This document shows, piece after piece, positions 10,320-18,723 of a stretch of 64,000 nt of DNA (positions are counted from its first letter, which is position 1; every line of letters begins with the position of its first letter). The stretch spans positions 137,617 through 201,616 of the forward strand of contig JAQTRS010000002.1 of assembly GCA_028711705.1 (NCBI GenBank), given 5' to 3'. The stretch is from Candidatus Moraniibacteriota bacterium. Its GTDB lineage: Bacteria; Patescibacteriota; Minisyncoccia; Moranbacterales; UBA1568. The translations under genes were made by a program, and so were the position numbers. Below the pieces are notes generated by a model. That model saw nothing but the letters and a program-made list of their open reading frames with translations, was not told where the DNA came from and ran no database searches.

Positions 10320-11324
10320 CTACTCATTTTTCTTCTTCTCTTTCTTAGGCAAGGCATCGGCGGCTTCGGCCTCTGGAGCTGGTTCCTCTTCCGGCGGCTT
10401 CGGTGCGGAAACAATCTCGCCCTCTACGGAATAATAGACCCTGTTTTCGGTACGCAGATCGATATACTTCAGGCGATGGCGCCGCTCTTCGGATATCTCT
10501 TTTTTGAAAAGCAGCCCGAGGGTCTGGAGCGATTTATCCATCGGCAATCGCACGTTGATCTGCATTGCCCAGCCTTCCTGCGTCTTGAGGGTCAATGTAT
10601 CCGAAAAGCGGGACGGCGTGGAGCATTCTGCATCCACAGCAATACCGAGTTTTTGCTGTAACCCGTCTTGGATTTGGGCGGCGAAGCGGACGAAATCCTG
10701 ATCGATGAGCGGCTCGTCCATATCGACAGATTGCCCGCTCGTATCGATAATCTTCAAAAAATGCCCCAGATTCTCACCCGATACCGACGTATCGACCTGG
10801 GAATACGCATACCCGTTTTCGTCCACATAAAAACACGTGTCCTGCACGCACCAGAGCACGAGCGTCTGCCGCTCCTTAACACGGGCTATGAGCGTATGCG
10901 GGAATACTCTCGTCAATTCCACCGAAGCGATCTTCTTAAAACGATCCCTGATGTCCGCTTCCATCTTTTCCCGTCGGAACGCGAGCAGATTGCCTTTCGA
11001 GACGCCTCCGGCATAGTTTCCGGATAGGCTCTCTTGTATCAGCTGCCGCACATTATGTTCGGAAATAGCAGATGCGCCCTCGACCTGCACCGTCTGCAGC
11101 TGCAGAAAGGAAGAGAAGAGCGCTACATACACCGTCACGCAGGCGAAAGCCGTCCATAAGAAAAAATAGACGAAATAAAAACCGTCCCGTGTTTTTTTGG
11201 CCTCAGCCTCCTGCGATGTCAGAGGGATTTCTCGGGAAATGACCGGCTTCTTCACGAAGCCTCCCCTCTTGCGCGCACAGCCAAGCGGCGGCAGCGCTTT
11301 TTGTTTTTTTCGAAAATGAAACAT
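10320..11324 (-). CDS. ftsQ: Cell division protein FtsQ/DivIB-like
   Basis: Basic N-tail, single TM, POTRA-like VELTRVFPHTLIARVKER, C-terminal YIDLRTENRVYY. Confidence 0.75.
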   Translation of the reverse strand: MFHFRKKQKALPPLGCARKRGGFVKKPVISREIPLTSQEAEAKKTRDGFYFVYFFLWTAFACVTVYVALFSSFLQLQTVQVEGASAISEHNVRQLIQESLSGNYAGGVSKGNLLAFRREKMEADIRDRFKKIASVELTRVFPHTLIARVKERQTLVLWCVQDTCFYVDENGYAYSQVDTSVSGENLGHFLKIIDTSGQSVDMDEPLIDQDFVRFAAQIQDGLQQKLGIAVDAECSTPSRFSDTLTLKTQEGWAMQINVRLPMDKSLQTLGLLFKKEISEERRHRLKYIDLRTENRVYYSVEGEIVSAPKPPEEEPAPEAEAADALPKKEKKKNE

Positions 11325-11330
11325 GTCGTA

Positions 11331-12215
11331 TTACCAATGAAGAAAAAAGGTGTCCAATACCAATCGCGCGCTCGAAGGGAAACGCCTCAGATCGCCGCGC
11401 AGCTTTTCGATGGTCTCGATGCCTTGCATGCGAAGGGCGCTCTCTTGCGATACTTCCGCCATCGCCTCCGCATGAAGCCCTCCCACCCACCACATCAGAA
11501 GCTGCATCGTTTGCCAGACATTGGCCGCGCACGCCTCGGACAAAGCCAGGCGTTCGCGAAGCGGCACCTCCGACAGATGCATCAGTTTTTTCACAATCGC
11601 CAACCGCTCCGAAAATTCCGACTCCTCATGCAGGCTCTGCACCACAAGTCCGGGCCGGCCGAGCTCAAGCAGAAACCTCTGCTTCGACGGAAGCGAGGAA
11701 CCCATCGTATCTTCCAGCATCTCTGCCTTCGGAACCTAACAAAACGCGATCTGTTGGCAACGGGAAAGCGTCGTTGGCAGTATCCTCCCGAGCTCATGCG
11801 TTATCAGGATAATCACCGCATAGGCCGGTGGTTCCTCCAAAATCTTGAGCAAGGCATTTTGCGCCGCTTCGGTCAATCGATGCGCATCACGGATGATGAG
11901 CACCTTCTTTTCGGCGGCATAGGGGAAATTATTCAAAAAGTGTGCCGCCTCACGTGTCCTTTCCACCGAAATATCCCGCTCCTTTACGATGCCCTTCTCC
12001 ACCTCCTGTTCCGGCTCCAAAACGAACAGGTCGATTTCCTGATGATTTTGCGTCGCCATCGCATCATGGCTTTTGATCAGCTGCAATGCAAACTCCTTCG
12101 CCACCGCGAATTTCCCCACGCTCTCCGGACCGACAAAAAGATATGTCTGAACAGCGGACCCTTTTTTGGCCATCCGCGACAATCGCTCCCGTATTTTCTG
12201 ATGCCCGATAATCAT
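11331..12215 (-). pseudogene. holB: DNA polymerase III delta' subunit interrupted by an in-frame TAG at 11736-11738 (split gene, pseudogene or sequencing error)
   Basis: MIIGHQ, YLFVGPESVGK, AQNALLKILEEPP and TTLSRCQ motifs; after the TAG the same frame continues VPKAEMLED...GRPG to 11331. Confidence 0.75.
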
Positions 12216-12247
12216 ATATCAACTAACAGCCAACAATTAACGTTCAA

Positions 12248-12279
12248 TGTGTCATCCCCGCGAAAGCGGGCATGATACA
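12248..12279. repeat. REP-like palindrome
   Basis: tgtgtcatccccgc-gaaa-gcgggcatgataca, related to the palindrome at 18611. Confidence 0.65.
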
Positions 12280-12295
12280 CTATAAAAAGATCCCA

Positions 12296-13495
12296 CTACG
12301 ATAAAAATTTTAGAAAATCTTTCTCAAATTTTTCTCTTGAAAATCGCTCTGTGGTTTTTATAATCACATCGGCATCATATTGTGCCTTACTTTCCAAAAA
12401 CCTACGGACGCCATCCGCCATGATCTCCGGGGTCTGCGCGCGAAAAAATTCTCCCGTCACACCTTCCTGTACGATTTCCAGAGCGCCGCCATCCGCGTAA
12501 GCGATGACCGGCACACCATAGCGCATCGCTTCCACCATCACCATACCGAAATCATCCTCCGCCGGAAATACGAGCGCGCGGGCATGCTCATACAAGGTGG
12601 CCACAGCCGCATCATCCTGCCATCCGACAACCTTGATGTTGTGCTTGGCAATCCTTCCGAGGCGCTGTTTCTGCTTCCCATCGCCCACCACGATAAGCGG
12701 GAGGCCGAGTTTATTGAACGCTTCCACCGCCAATTCGACTTTCTTATTGGGCGTCAACCGCGATACAATCAGAAAATATTCTTTCGATCCGAACCCGAAA
12801 AAATCTCCTTTCGCATCATCAGTTATCATATTGTGGTCATTGGTGATCGCGAATTGCTCCTCGCCGATCACTGACTGCTGACCGCTTCCCGTTACCGGCG
12901 GATACACTACCGTGCTTTCTCGACGATAGTACTTGGCGATTCGCGACTGCGTATACGAAGAGTTGGCGATCAATACATCAGGCCTATCCGCCGCCTCGCG
13001 ATCCCATACCCGCAGATAGCTCAGCATCATCCGTTTGAAAAGACCGAGCCGCCCGCCGCCGATCTCCTTCAGGTAATGTTCATTATAATCCCACACATAA
13101 CGCATCGGTGAATGGATATAGGCGATGTGCCGGGTATTGAGCCGCGTCACGATGCCCTTGCTCCAGGCGCCCGACGACGAGATCACGATATCAAAATCCC
13201 GCAGATCGAAGGCCTCGATCGCCACTGGAAAAAACGGCAATAAGAACCGGTATCTTTTCCTCAGGAACCTGGGGAAATTCTGCAAAAAAGACGTCCTGAT
13301 ATCCTTATCGGAAAACATACCCCGCATCGCCTCCTTGTCATAGAGCAGGGTATAGATCGGCGCCTGAGGAAACATTTCGGACAATTCCGCGAGCACCTTT
13401 TCCGCCCCGCCCTGACATACCAAAAAATCGTGCACCAAGGCCACTTTCTTATCCTTCAGATACTCGCTCTCCAGATTGGGTTGACTTTCATTCAT
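12296..13495 (-). CDS. Glycosyltransferase family 4
   Basis: KVALVHDFL, GGAEKVL and EDDFGMVMVEAMRYGVPVI motifs; start placed at ATG 13495 (MNESQ). Confidence 0.9.
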   Translation of the reverse strand: MNESQPNLESEYLKDKKVALVHDFLVCQGGAEKVLAELSEMFPQAPIYTLLYDKEAMRGMFSDKDIRTSFLQNFPRFLRKRYRFLLPFFPVAIEAFDLRDFDIVISSSGAWSKGIVTRLNTRHIAYIHSPMRYVWDYNEHYLKEIGGGRLGLFKRMMLSYLRVWDREAADRPDVLIANSSYTQSRIAKYYRRESTVVYPPVTGSGQQSVIGEEQFAITNDHNMITDDAKGDFFGFGSKEYFLIVSRLTPNKKVELAVEAFNKLGLPLIVVGDGKQKQRLGRIAKHNIKVVGWQDDAAVATLYEHARALVFPAEDDFGMVMVEAMRYGVPVIAYADGGALEIVQEGVTGEFFRAQTPEIMADGVRRFLESKAQYDADVIIKTTERFSREKFEKDFLKFLS

Positions 13496-13509
13496 ATATA
13501 TGCTATAGT
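13481..13509 (+). promoter_or_regulatory. sigma70-like promoter overlapping the start codon of the divergent GT4 gene
   Basis: TTGACT-17 nt-TATAGT, with extended -10 TG. Confidence 0.65.
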
Positions 13510-13563
13510 TAGGCGTCTGAACATTCATTCCGGATTCGGACTCACACCACAAGAGGTAGAAAC

Positions 13564-13782
13564 ATGCGGCACAAAAAAATTAAGACAATCAAAATCTGGG
13601 TAAAACTCACCTGGCCGGAAATTTTTGCAATACTTGCCCTGGTAAGCATCCTGGGCGCATTCTCCAGCGACAGCCTCCTGGGCGTCCTCGCTATGGATGT
13701 TCTGCTCTTCTTAGGATTGAGCATCCTGGCCATATTAGCTAAAATAGTCTCGAAATACTCGAGATACTATGGCAAACAGTAG
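13564..13782 (+). CDS. Small two-TM membrane protein (72 aa)
   Basis: SD GAGGT upstream, own promoter and terminator, two hydrophobic segments. Confidence 0.7.
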   Translation: MRHKKIKTIKIWVKLTWPEIFAILALVSILGAFSSDSLLGVLAMDVLLFLGLSILAILAKIVSKYSRYYGKQ

Positions 13783-13801
13783 CCAAAGAACCATCGAATA
13801 G

Positions 13802-13838
13802 AAACCGTCGGACTCTCAAGGAAGAGATCGGCGGTTTT
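13802..13838. terminator. Terminator hairpin related to the one at 15246
   Basis: aaaccgtcggactctcaaggaagagatcggcggtttt. Confidence 0.7.
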
Positions 13839-14982
13839 AATTTCCCCCCTCCTTCAAAAGAACCCCGATCTCCTTCGCGCATTTCTCCCAACTGAAGCGT
13901 TTCACATTCTCCAGTCCTTTCTGCATTATATCACTTTTCAATTCATTGTCCGAAACGAGCCATCCCATCGCCTCCGCTATTTCCTGGGCACTTTCCGGAT
14001 CCACTAAGAGCGCACCCTCTCCCGCCACCTCCGGCAAAGACGATGTTTTGGAGGTGATGACCGGCGCACCCATATACTGCGCTTCCAGCACGGGGATACC
14101 GAATCCCTCATAAAGGGTCGCGAAAAGAAAACCGTCCGTATTTTTCAGAAGATCCCATTTTTCCACATCAGTCACGTATCCGAGCTCGACGATATCGTTT
14201 CGTATCGGCTGCTTTTCGGCATCATCCGGCTGCATGACATTCAAAGCGAGCCTACGGTCCACGATAGCCTCCTTGATCCGCTCATACCCATACCCCGGCT
14301 TCCCTACTAAGATGAGCCGATGCGAAAACCCGTACGTTTCTTTCGCGAGCGCGAAGGCTTCGATGAGGCGCACGATATTCTTGCGCTCTTCGAGGCGACC
14401 GATAAACAGGAAGTATGGGTGCTGATTCTGTTTTGTCGAACGCCGATTGCCGACCGTATTCTCGTATCCTTCATGCACCACCGTTATCCTCTCTTTTGGC
14501 GTACCGTACACTCGCATCACATCGCGCTTGGTATTCTCCGAAACGCAGATAACCGTCTTGGCGACACGACATGAGAAGCGTATCGCTGCGCGCATGCACA
14601 CTCGGCTCCACATCGAATAGGCCTCGCGGCAGAATTCGTATTCCAAACCATGTATGACCACCGCGGTATGTTTCGGATGAATCAACGGTACGGTATGCGC
14701 CGGTACGAACAAAACATCCGGCGTATGCAGCAGCATTTCCAAAGACAATCTTACCTGCGTCCACAAGCGCGGCGCCCACAGTTTTTTGACCCGCCAGTTG
14801 GACGGCACATCGAAATCCACCGCCTGATCCGACCGGATATACAGAACCACCGAGGCTTCCGAAAGCTCGTTTCGCAGGTGCTTGATGACCTGATAGGAGT
14901 ATTCCTCTATCCCCGTCCGGCGCTTCAGGAAAGCTCGTGACCCATCGATAGCGATGAGCGGAAGTGCTTGACGTTTATTCAT
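13837..14982 (-). CDS. Glycosyltransferase family 4 (group 1)
   Basis: RTGIEEYS, GRLEERKN and YEGFGIPVLEA motifs. Confidence 0.9.
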   Translation of the reverse strand: MNKRQALPLIAIDGSRAFLKRRTGIEEYSYQVIKHLRNELSEASVVLYIRSDQAVDFDVPSNWRVKKLWAPRLWTQVRLSLEMLLHTPDVLFVPAHTVPLIHPKHTAVVIHGLEYEFCREAYSMWSRVCMRAAIRFSCRVAKTVICVSENTKRDVMRVYGTPKERITVVHEGYENTVGNRRSTKQNQHPYFLFIGRLEERKNIVRLIEAFALAKETYGFSHRLILVGKPGYGYERIKEAIVDRRLALNVMQPDDAEKQPIRNDIVELGYVTDVEKWDLLKNTDGFLFATLYEGFGIPVLEAQYMGAPVITSKTSSLPEVAGEGALLVDPESAQEIAEAMGWLVSDNELKSDIMQKGLENVKRFSWEKCAKEIGVLLKEGGN

Positions 14983-14996
14983 ACATATACTATATT
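14968..14996 (+). promoter_or_regulatory. sigma70-like promoter overlapping the start codon of the divergent GT4 gene
   Basis: TTGACG-17 nt-TATATT; paralogous to 13481-13509. Confidence 0.65.
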
Positions 14997-15038
14997 TAAC
15001 TGTCTGAATAATTCAGACTGAAATCAACTGGAGGGTTT

Positions 15039-15227
15039 ATGCAAGACAGAAAAGATGCAATCATAAGAGAAATTAATCGAAAAGATGCAAAAAATATCGC
15101 GAGTATCGTGGCATTGTGCACATTGATTATCAGTTTTTTTCTAACAAATGTAATAATAGCACTCGTTATTTCAGCCGTAGCTTTTTGGCTTACAAAGAAA
15201 CTGTACGCGCTAAAATACCGTGGATAA
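15039..15227 (+). CDS. Small two-TM membrane protein (62 aa)
   Basis: SD GGAGG upstream, AT-rich, hydrophobic hairpin, own promoter and terminator. Confidence 0.7.
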   Translation: MQDRKDAIIREINRKDAKNIASIVALCTLIISFFLTNVIIALVISAVAFWLTKKLYALKYRG

Positions 15228-15244
15228 AAAACGCAATCTATTTC

Positions 15245-15288
15245 AAAAAACCTATCGATTCTTCAAAGAAGAGTTTGGTAGGTTTTTT
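15245..15288. terminator. Bidirectional terminator hairpin at the mreB 3' end
   Basis: aaaaaacctatcgattcttcaaagaagagtttggtaggtttttt. Confidence 0.7.
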
Positions 15289-16294
15289 ATTTGCCCAGCA
15301 TCATCGAGCGCTTATACACATCCAGATGATCAAGCACGATGCCCGTCCCTTTGACCACGCACAAGGCTGGCTCATCCGCCAGATAGCAGGGCACATTGAT
15401 GGTCTTGGCGATCAATTGATCCAAGTGCTTGAGTTGCGATGTCCCCCCGGAGAGCACCATCCCCTTGTCCATGACATCCGCGGCCAGTTCCGGCGGCGTT
15501 TCCTGCAGGACCTGCTTGATGACATTGATGATCTCGCGCAATTCATCTTGGATCGCTTCGGTGATTTCATTGGAAGACAATGTGACGGTCTTGGGGAGCC
15601 CGCCCATCAGATCGCGCCCGCGCACGTCCATATATTCTTCCTTGACCTGCGCGATAGCCGAACCGATCTTTATCTTGACCTCTTCCGCCGTCCGTTCCCC
15701 GATCGCCAGGCTGTACTTGCGCTTGATATAATCAGAAATGGCCTGGTCGATACGATTGCCCCCGACGCGCGCGCTGTGCGCCGCCACGATGCCGCCCAAG
15801 GAGATGATCGCGATTTCCGACGTGCCGCCCCCGATATTTATGATCATATTCCCCTGCGCCGTGTGAATCGGGATACCCGCCCCGATCGCCGCCAAGATGG
15901 GTTCTTTGACCACATAGGCCACGCGGGCGCCGGCCTTCATCGCCGCATCCACCACCGCGCGACGCTCGGTCGAGGTGATGCCAGCCGGCACCGACAGCAC
16001 CACCTCGGGACGGAAAAATCGCACGCGCCCGGAAACCTTGCCGATAAAGTAACGCAGCATCGCCTCGGTCACCCGGTAATCCGCGATCGCCCCATCGCGA
16101 AGCGGCTGACTGGCCACGATCGAATCCGGGGTGCGCCCGAGCATCTCCTTGGCTTCATTGCCAACCGCCAACACCTTATTCTCATACAGCGAAACAGCCA
16201 CCACCGATGGCTCATTGATCACAACACCCTTCCCCGGCACAAAGACGAGGGTATTCGCGGTTCCAAGATCGATACCGATTTTTCGTAAAAACAT
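15287..16294 (-). CDS. mreB: Rod shape-determining protein MreB
   Basis: IGIDLGTANT, NEPSVVA and IGGGTSE motifs. Confidence 0.95.
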   Translation of the reverse strand: MFLRKIGIDLGTANTLVFVPGKGVVINEPSVVAVSLYENKVLAVGNEAKEMLGRTPDSIVASQPLRDGAIADYRVTEAMLRYFIGKVSGRVRFFRPEVVLSVPAGITSTERRAVVDAAMKAGARVAYVVKEPILAAIGAGIPIHTAQGNMIINIGGGTSEIAIISLGGIVAAHSARVGGNRIDQAISDYIKRKYSLAIGERTAEEVKIKIGSAIAQVKEEYMDVRGRDLMGGLPKTVTLSSNEITEAIQDELREIINVIKQVLQETPPELAADVMDKGMVLSGGTSQLKHLDQLIAKTINVPCYLADEPALCVVKGTGIVLDHLDVYKRSMMLGK

Positions 16295-16480
16295 AGGTGG
16301 GATTCGAGAATGATGAGGTTTTGTGATTTTTAAAAAACAAGACTCGCCGACCTTCTGTGCTACCTAAAAATATCCCTCACTCAACACAATCAATGGATAT
16401 TTTTAGAGCACAGAAAGCCGTCTCAAACAGGTTGTTTTTTAAAAATTGCGAAACCTCATCCTCTCGGTTCAGATTAGAGG

Positions 16481-17749
16481 CTACTCTGATATCTCTTTGC
16501 GGACGATCTGCGCGCCGATCCGCTGCAGACGCTCTTCGATTTTTTCATAGCCGCGATCGACCTGCTCGATCTCCTCGATGATGGTCGTGCCGGAAGCCGC
16601 CAGGGCCGCAATAATCAACGAGGCTCCTGCGCGCAAATCATAGCTGCGAATCATCGTTCCTTTGAGTTTCCCGGTACCGTGAATCAGTGCCTGATGCGGA
16701 TTGAGCGCCGTGGAACGCACATTCATCTTCTCCAATCCCATCAAATAATTGAAGCGTCCCTCGAACATATGGTCATGGATCAAGGTGTCGCCCTCGGCCA
16801 CCGCCGCCAAAACGCCGAACAGGGATTGGGTATCGGTTGGGATGCCCGGATAGAGTTCGACTTTGACCTTGCCCGGCGACACTATCCGCTCCGGAGGAAG
16901 CACCTGGATAAAGCCGTCGCCGAACACGAAGTCTGCGCCGAACTCGCGCAATTTTTCAAGCACGAGATCGAGATGCTCCGGCCGCGCATTCCTCACCTTC
17001 AACGGGCTTTTGGTTGCCATACCCAATATCAAGAAGGTGGCCGCTTCGATCGGATCGGGAATAATCTCATGCTCGGCCCCGCTCAGGTGTGCATTGCCTT
17101 CTATTTCAAGCGTATGCGTTCCCAATCCGGAAATCTTTGCGCCCATGGATTGTAAAAGCACCCCCAAATCCTCCACATGCGGCTCGGCCGCCGCGATCTT
17201 GATAATCGATTTCCCTGGCAAGCTCGCTGCGAGCATCATCGCATTTTCGGTAGCCGTCACAGAAAACTCGCGCAGGACGATTTCCGCGCCATGCTTCTTA
17301 CTGGCATCCACTTCATAGACGCTGTCATTTTTTTCTATTGTTACACCAAGCTTGCTCAGCGCATCCATATGCGCATCTACCGGGCGCGCCCCGATCACGC
17401 AGCCGCCTGGGTGATATAATCGGAACTTTTCAAAACGAGCGCTCAACGCACCAAGCAGCAAAATCGACATACGGATTTTTTTCACCAAAGCGAAGTCTAT
17501 TTTTTCCGGATCGATGGCCTTATTGGTGATTTTTACCTTGCGCTCCTGTAGCCATTCTACCTCCGAACCCATGCTTTTGAGGATGTCGAGCAACCGGAAA
17601 ATATCCTCGATCAGTGGCACATTCGACAAAACACACGGCTCTGTCGTGAGCAGTGTGGCGGGGATGAGGGCAGCGGCGGCATTTTTCGAACCGCGCACTT
17701 CGATCTCCCCAGAAAGCGTATTTTCTCCCTGTATTTCAAATACTTGCAT
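16481..17749 (-). CDS. murA: UDP-N-acetylglucosamine 1-carboxyvinyltransferase
   Basis: GSKNAA, PGGCVIGARP, SVTATEN, DLRAGASL and DRGYE motifs. Confidence 0.95.
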   Translation of the reverse strand: MQVFEIQGENTLSGEIEVRGSKNAAAALIPATLLTTEPCVLSNVPLIEDIFRLLDILKSMGSEVEWLQERKVKITNKAIDPEKIDFALVKKIRMSILLLGALSARFEKFRLYHPGGCVIGARPVDAHMDALSKLGVTIEKNDSVYEVDASKKHGAEIVLREFSVTATENAMMLAASLPGKSIIKIAAAEPHVEDLGVLLQSMGAKISGLGTHTLEIEGNAHLSGAEHEIIPDPIEAATFLILGMATKSPLKVRNARPEHLDLVLEKLREFGADFVFGDGFIQVLPPERIVSPGKVKVELYPGIPTDTQSLFGVLAAVAEGDTLIHDHMFEGRFNYLMGLEKMNVRSTALNPHQALIHGTGKLKGTMIRSYDLRAGASLIIAALAASGTTIIEEIEQVDRGYEKIEERLQRIGAQIVRKEISE

Positions 17750-17885
17750 ATGGGTACAGTATACCCTACACAGCTGTTTTTTTCAAGTAAAAAAGCGCCT
17801 CCTCTATGGTTACATAGATTCAGCGCTTTTGTTGTGAGAAGTTTTTTAGAGGACCTCTCTTAACTCTTGTTAATTTAATAAAGAA

Positions 17886-18323
17886 CTACATTGAGTTACG
17901 CGTTCGTTGCGTACTCATTAACTCAATCGTCTGCTTCAGTATGTTTACATCGGGCGAATCCCGATTAAATGTCTCGCTGGCAACAAATCCCTGTTGATCA
18001 GATAACTTGCAATATCGCCAACTACCGCTCATTTCACATGACCATCCGATTTTTTTTAAGCTCCATTTCGTAATAGGTGTATAATTATTTGATTCCAATA
18101 TCCGTTGAATACTTAATGCTTCATTAACCGGAACTGTAACAAATACATATGAATTTTCATACTGTGCAGGAAAGGGATATGTGCGTACATATGAAAAACT
18201 TTTCCAATGAGCGTTTTTGTAATTATCAATTGCAATTGAGCTGCCAATGGCAACACATAGAGTAATAAAAAACAAAATTGCAACTTTCCATTCTTCCCAT
18301 ATTTTAAGTGATATATCTTTCAT
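17886..18323 (-). CDS. AT-rich hypothetical protein with an N-terminal TM (about 145 aa)
   Basis: Start placed at ATG 18323 after SD GGAGGAG; composition much more AT-rich than neighbours. Confidence 0.7.
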   Translation of the reverse strand: MKDISLKIWEEWKVAILFFITLCVAIGSSIAIDNYKNAHWKSFSYVRTYPFPAQYENSYVFVTVPVNEALSIQRILESNNYTPITKWSLKKIGWSCEMSGSWRYCKLSDQQGFVASETFNRDSPDVNILKQTIELMSTQRTRNSM

Positions 18324-18541
18324 ATTCTTCTCCTCCCCCGAAAACCGTCGGGAAACTCGGTGGCAAGGTTGCCGGTGATGACACGATTGCGTGTCTTTGA
18401 TACATTGCTCCTCGAATTCCGAGAAGTGTGAGAGGAATGAAGATGACTTCACCTCCCTCACGCTTCCCGAAACTCTCAGAGTTTTTTCATGTATCGGTTG
18501 TCAAAGGGCTTTTGGCACGCTCTTGTCAGTCTCGAAAACGC

Positions 18542-18570
18542 ATTATAGCGCACTTTTTAACTTTTGTCAA
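18542..18570 (-). promoter_or_regulatory. Consensus sigma70 promoter
   Basis: TTGACA-17 nt-TATAAT on the minus strand. Confidence 0.8.
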
Positions 18571-18610
18571 TGTTTTGTGACGTTTGTGGCTTAAAATAGA
18601 ATCTTTTTTA

Positions 18611-18636
18611 GTCATTCCCGCCTTCGCGGGAATGAC
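18611..18636. repeat. REP/dRS3-like palindrome (ATTCCC-N8-GGGAAT)
   Basis: gtcattcccgc-cttc-gcgggaatgac. Confidence 0.75.
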
Positions 18637-18723
18637 ATGGCTCAGCAAGTTTCTACACAACATAAAATCCCGCCTTTTGAGGGGCGAGACTCTATGTATC
18701 CGATACGCGCTGTCGTATGGAAA

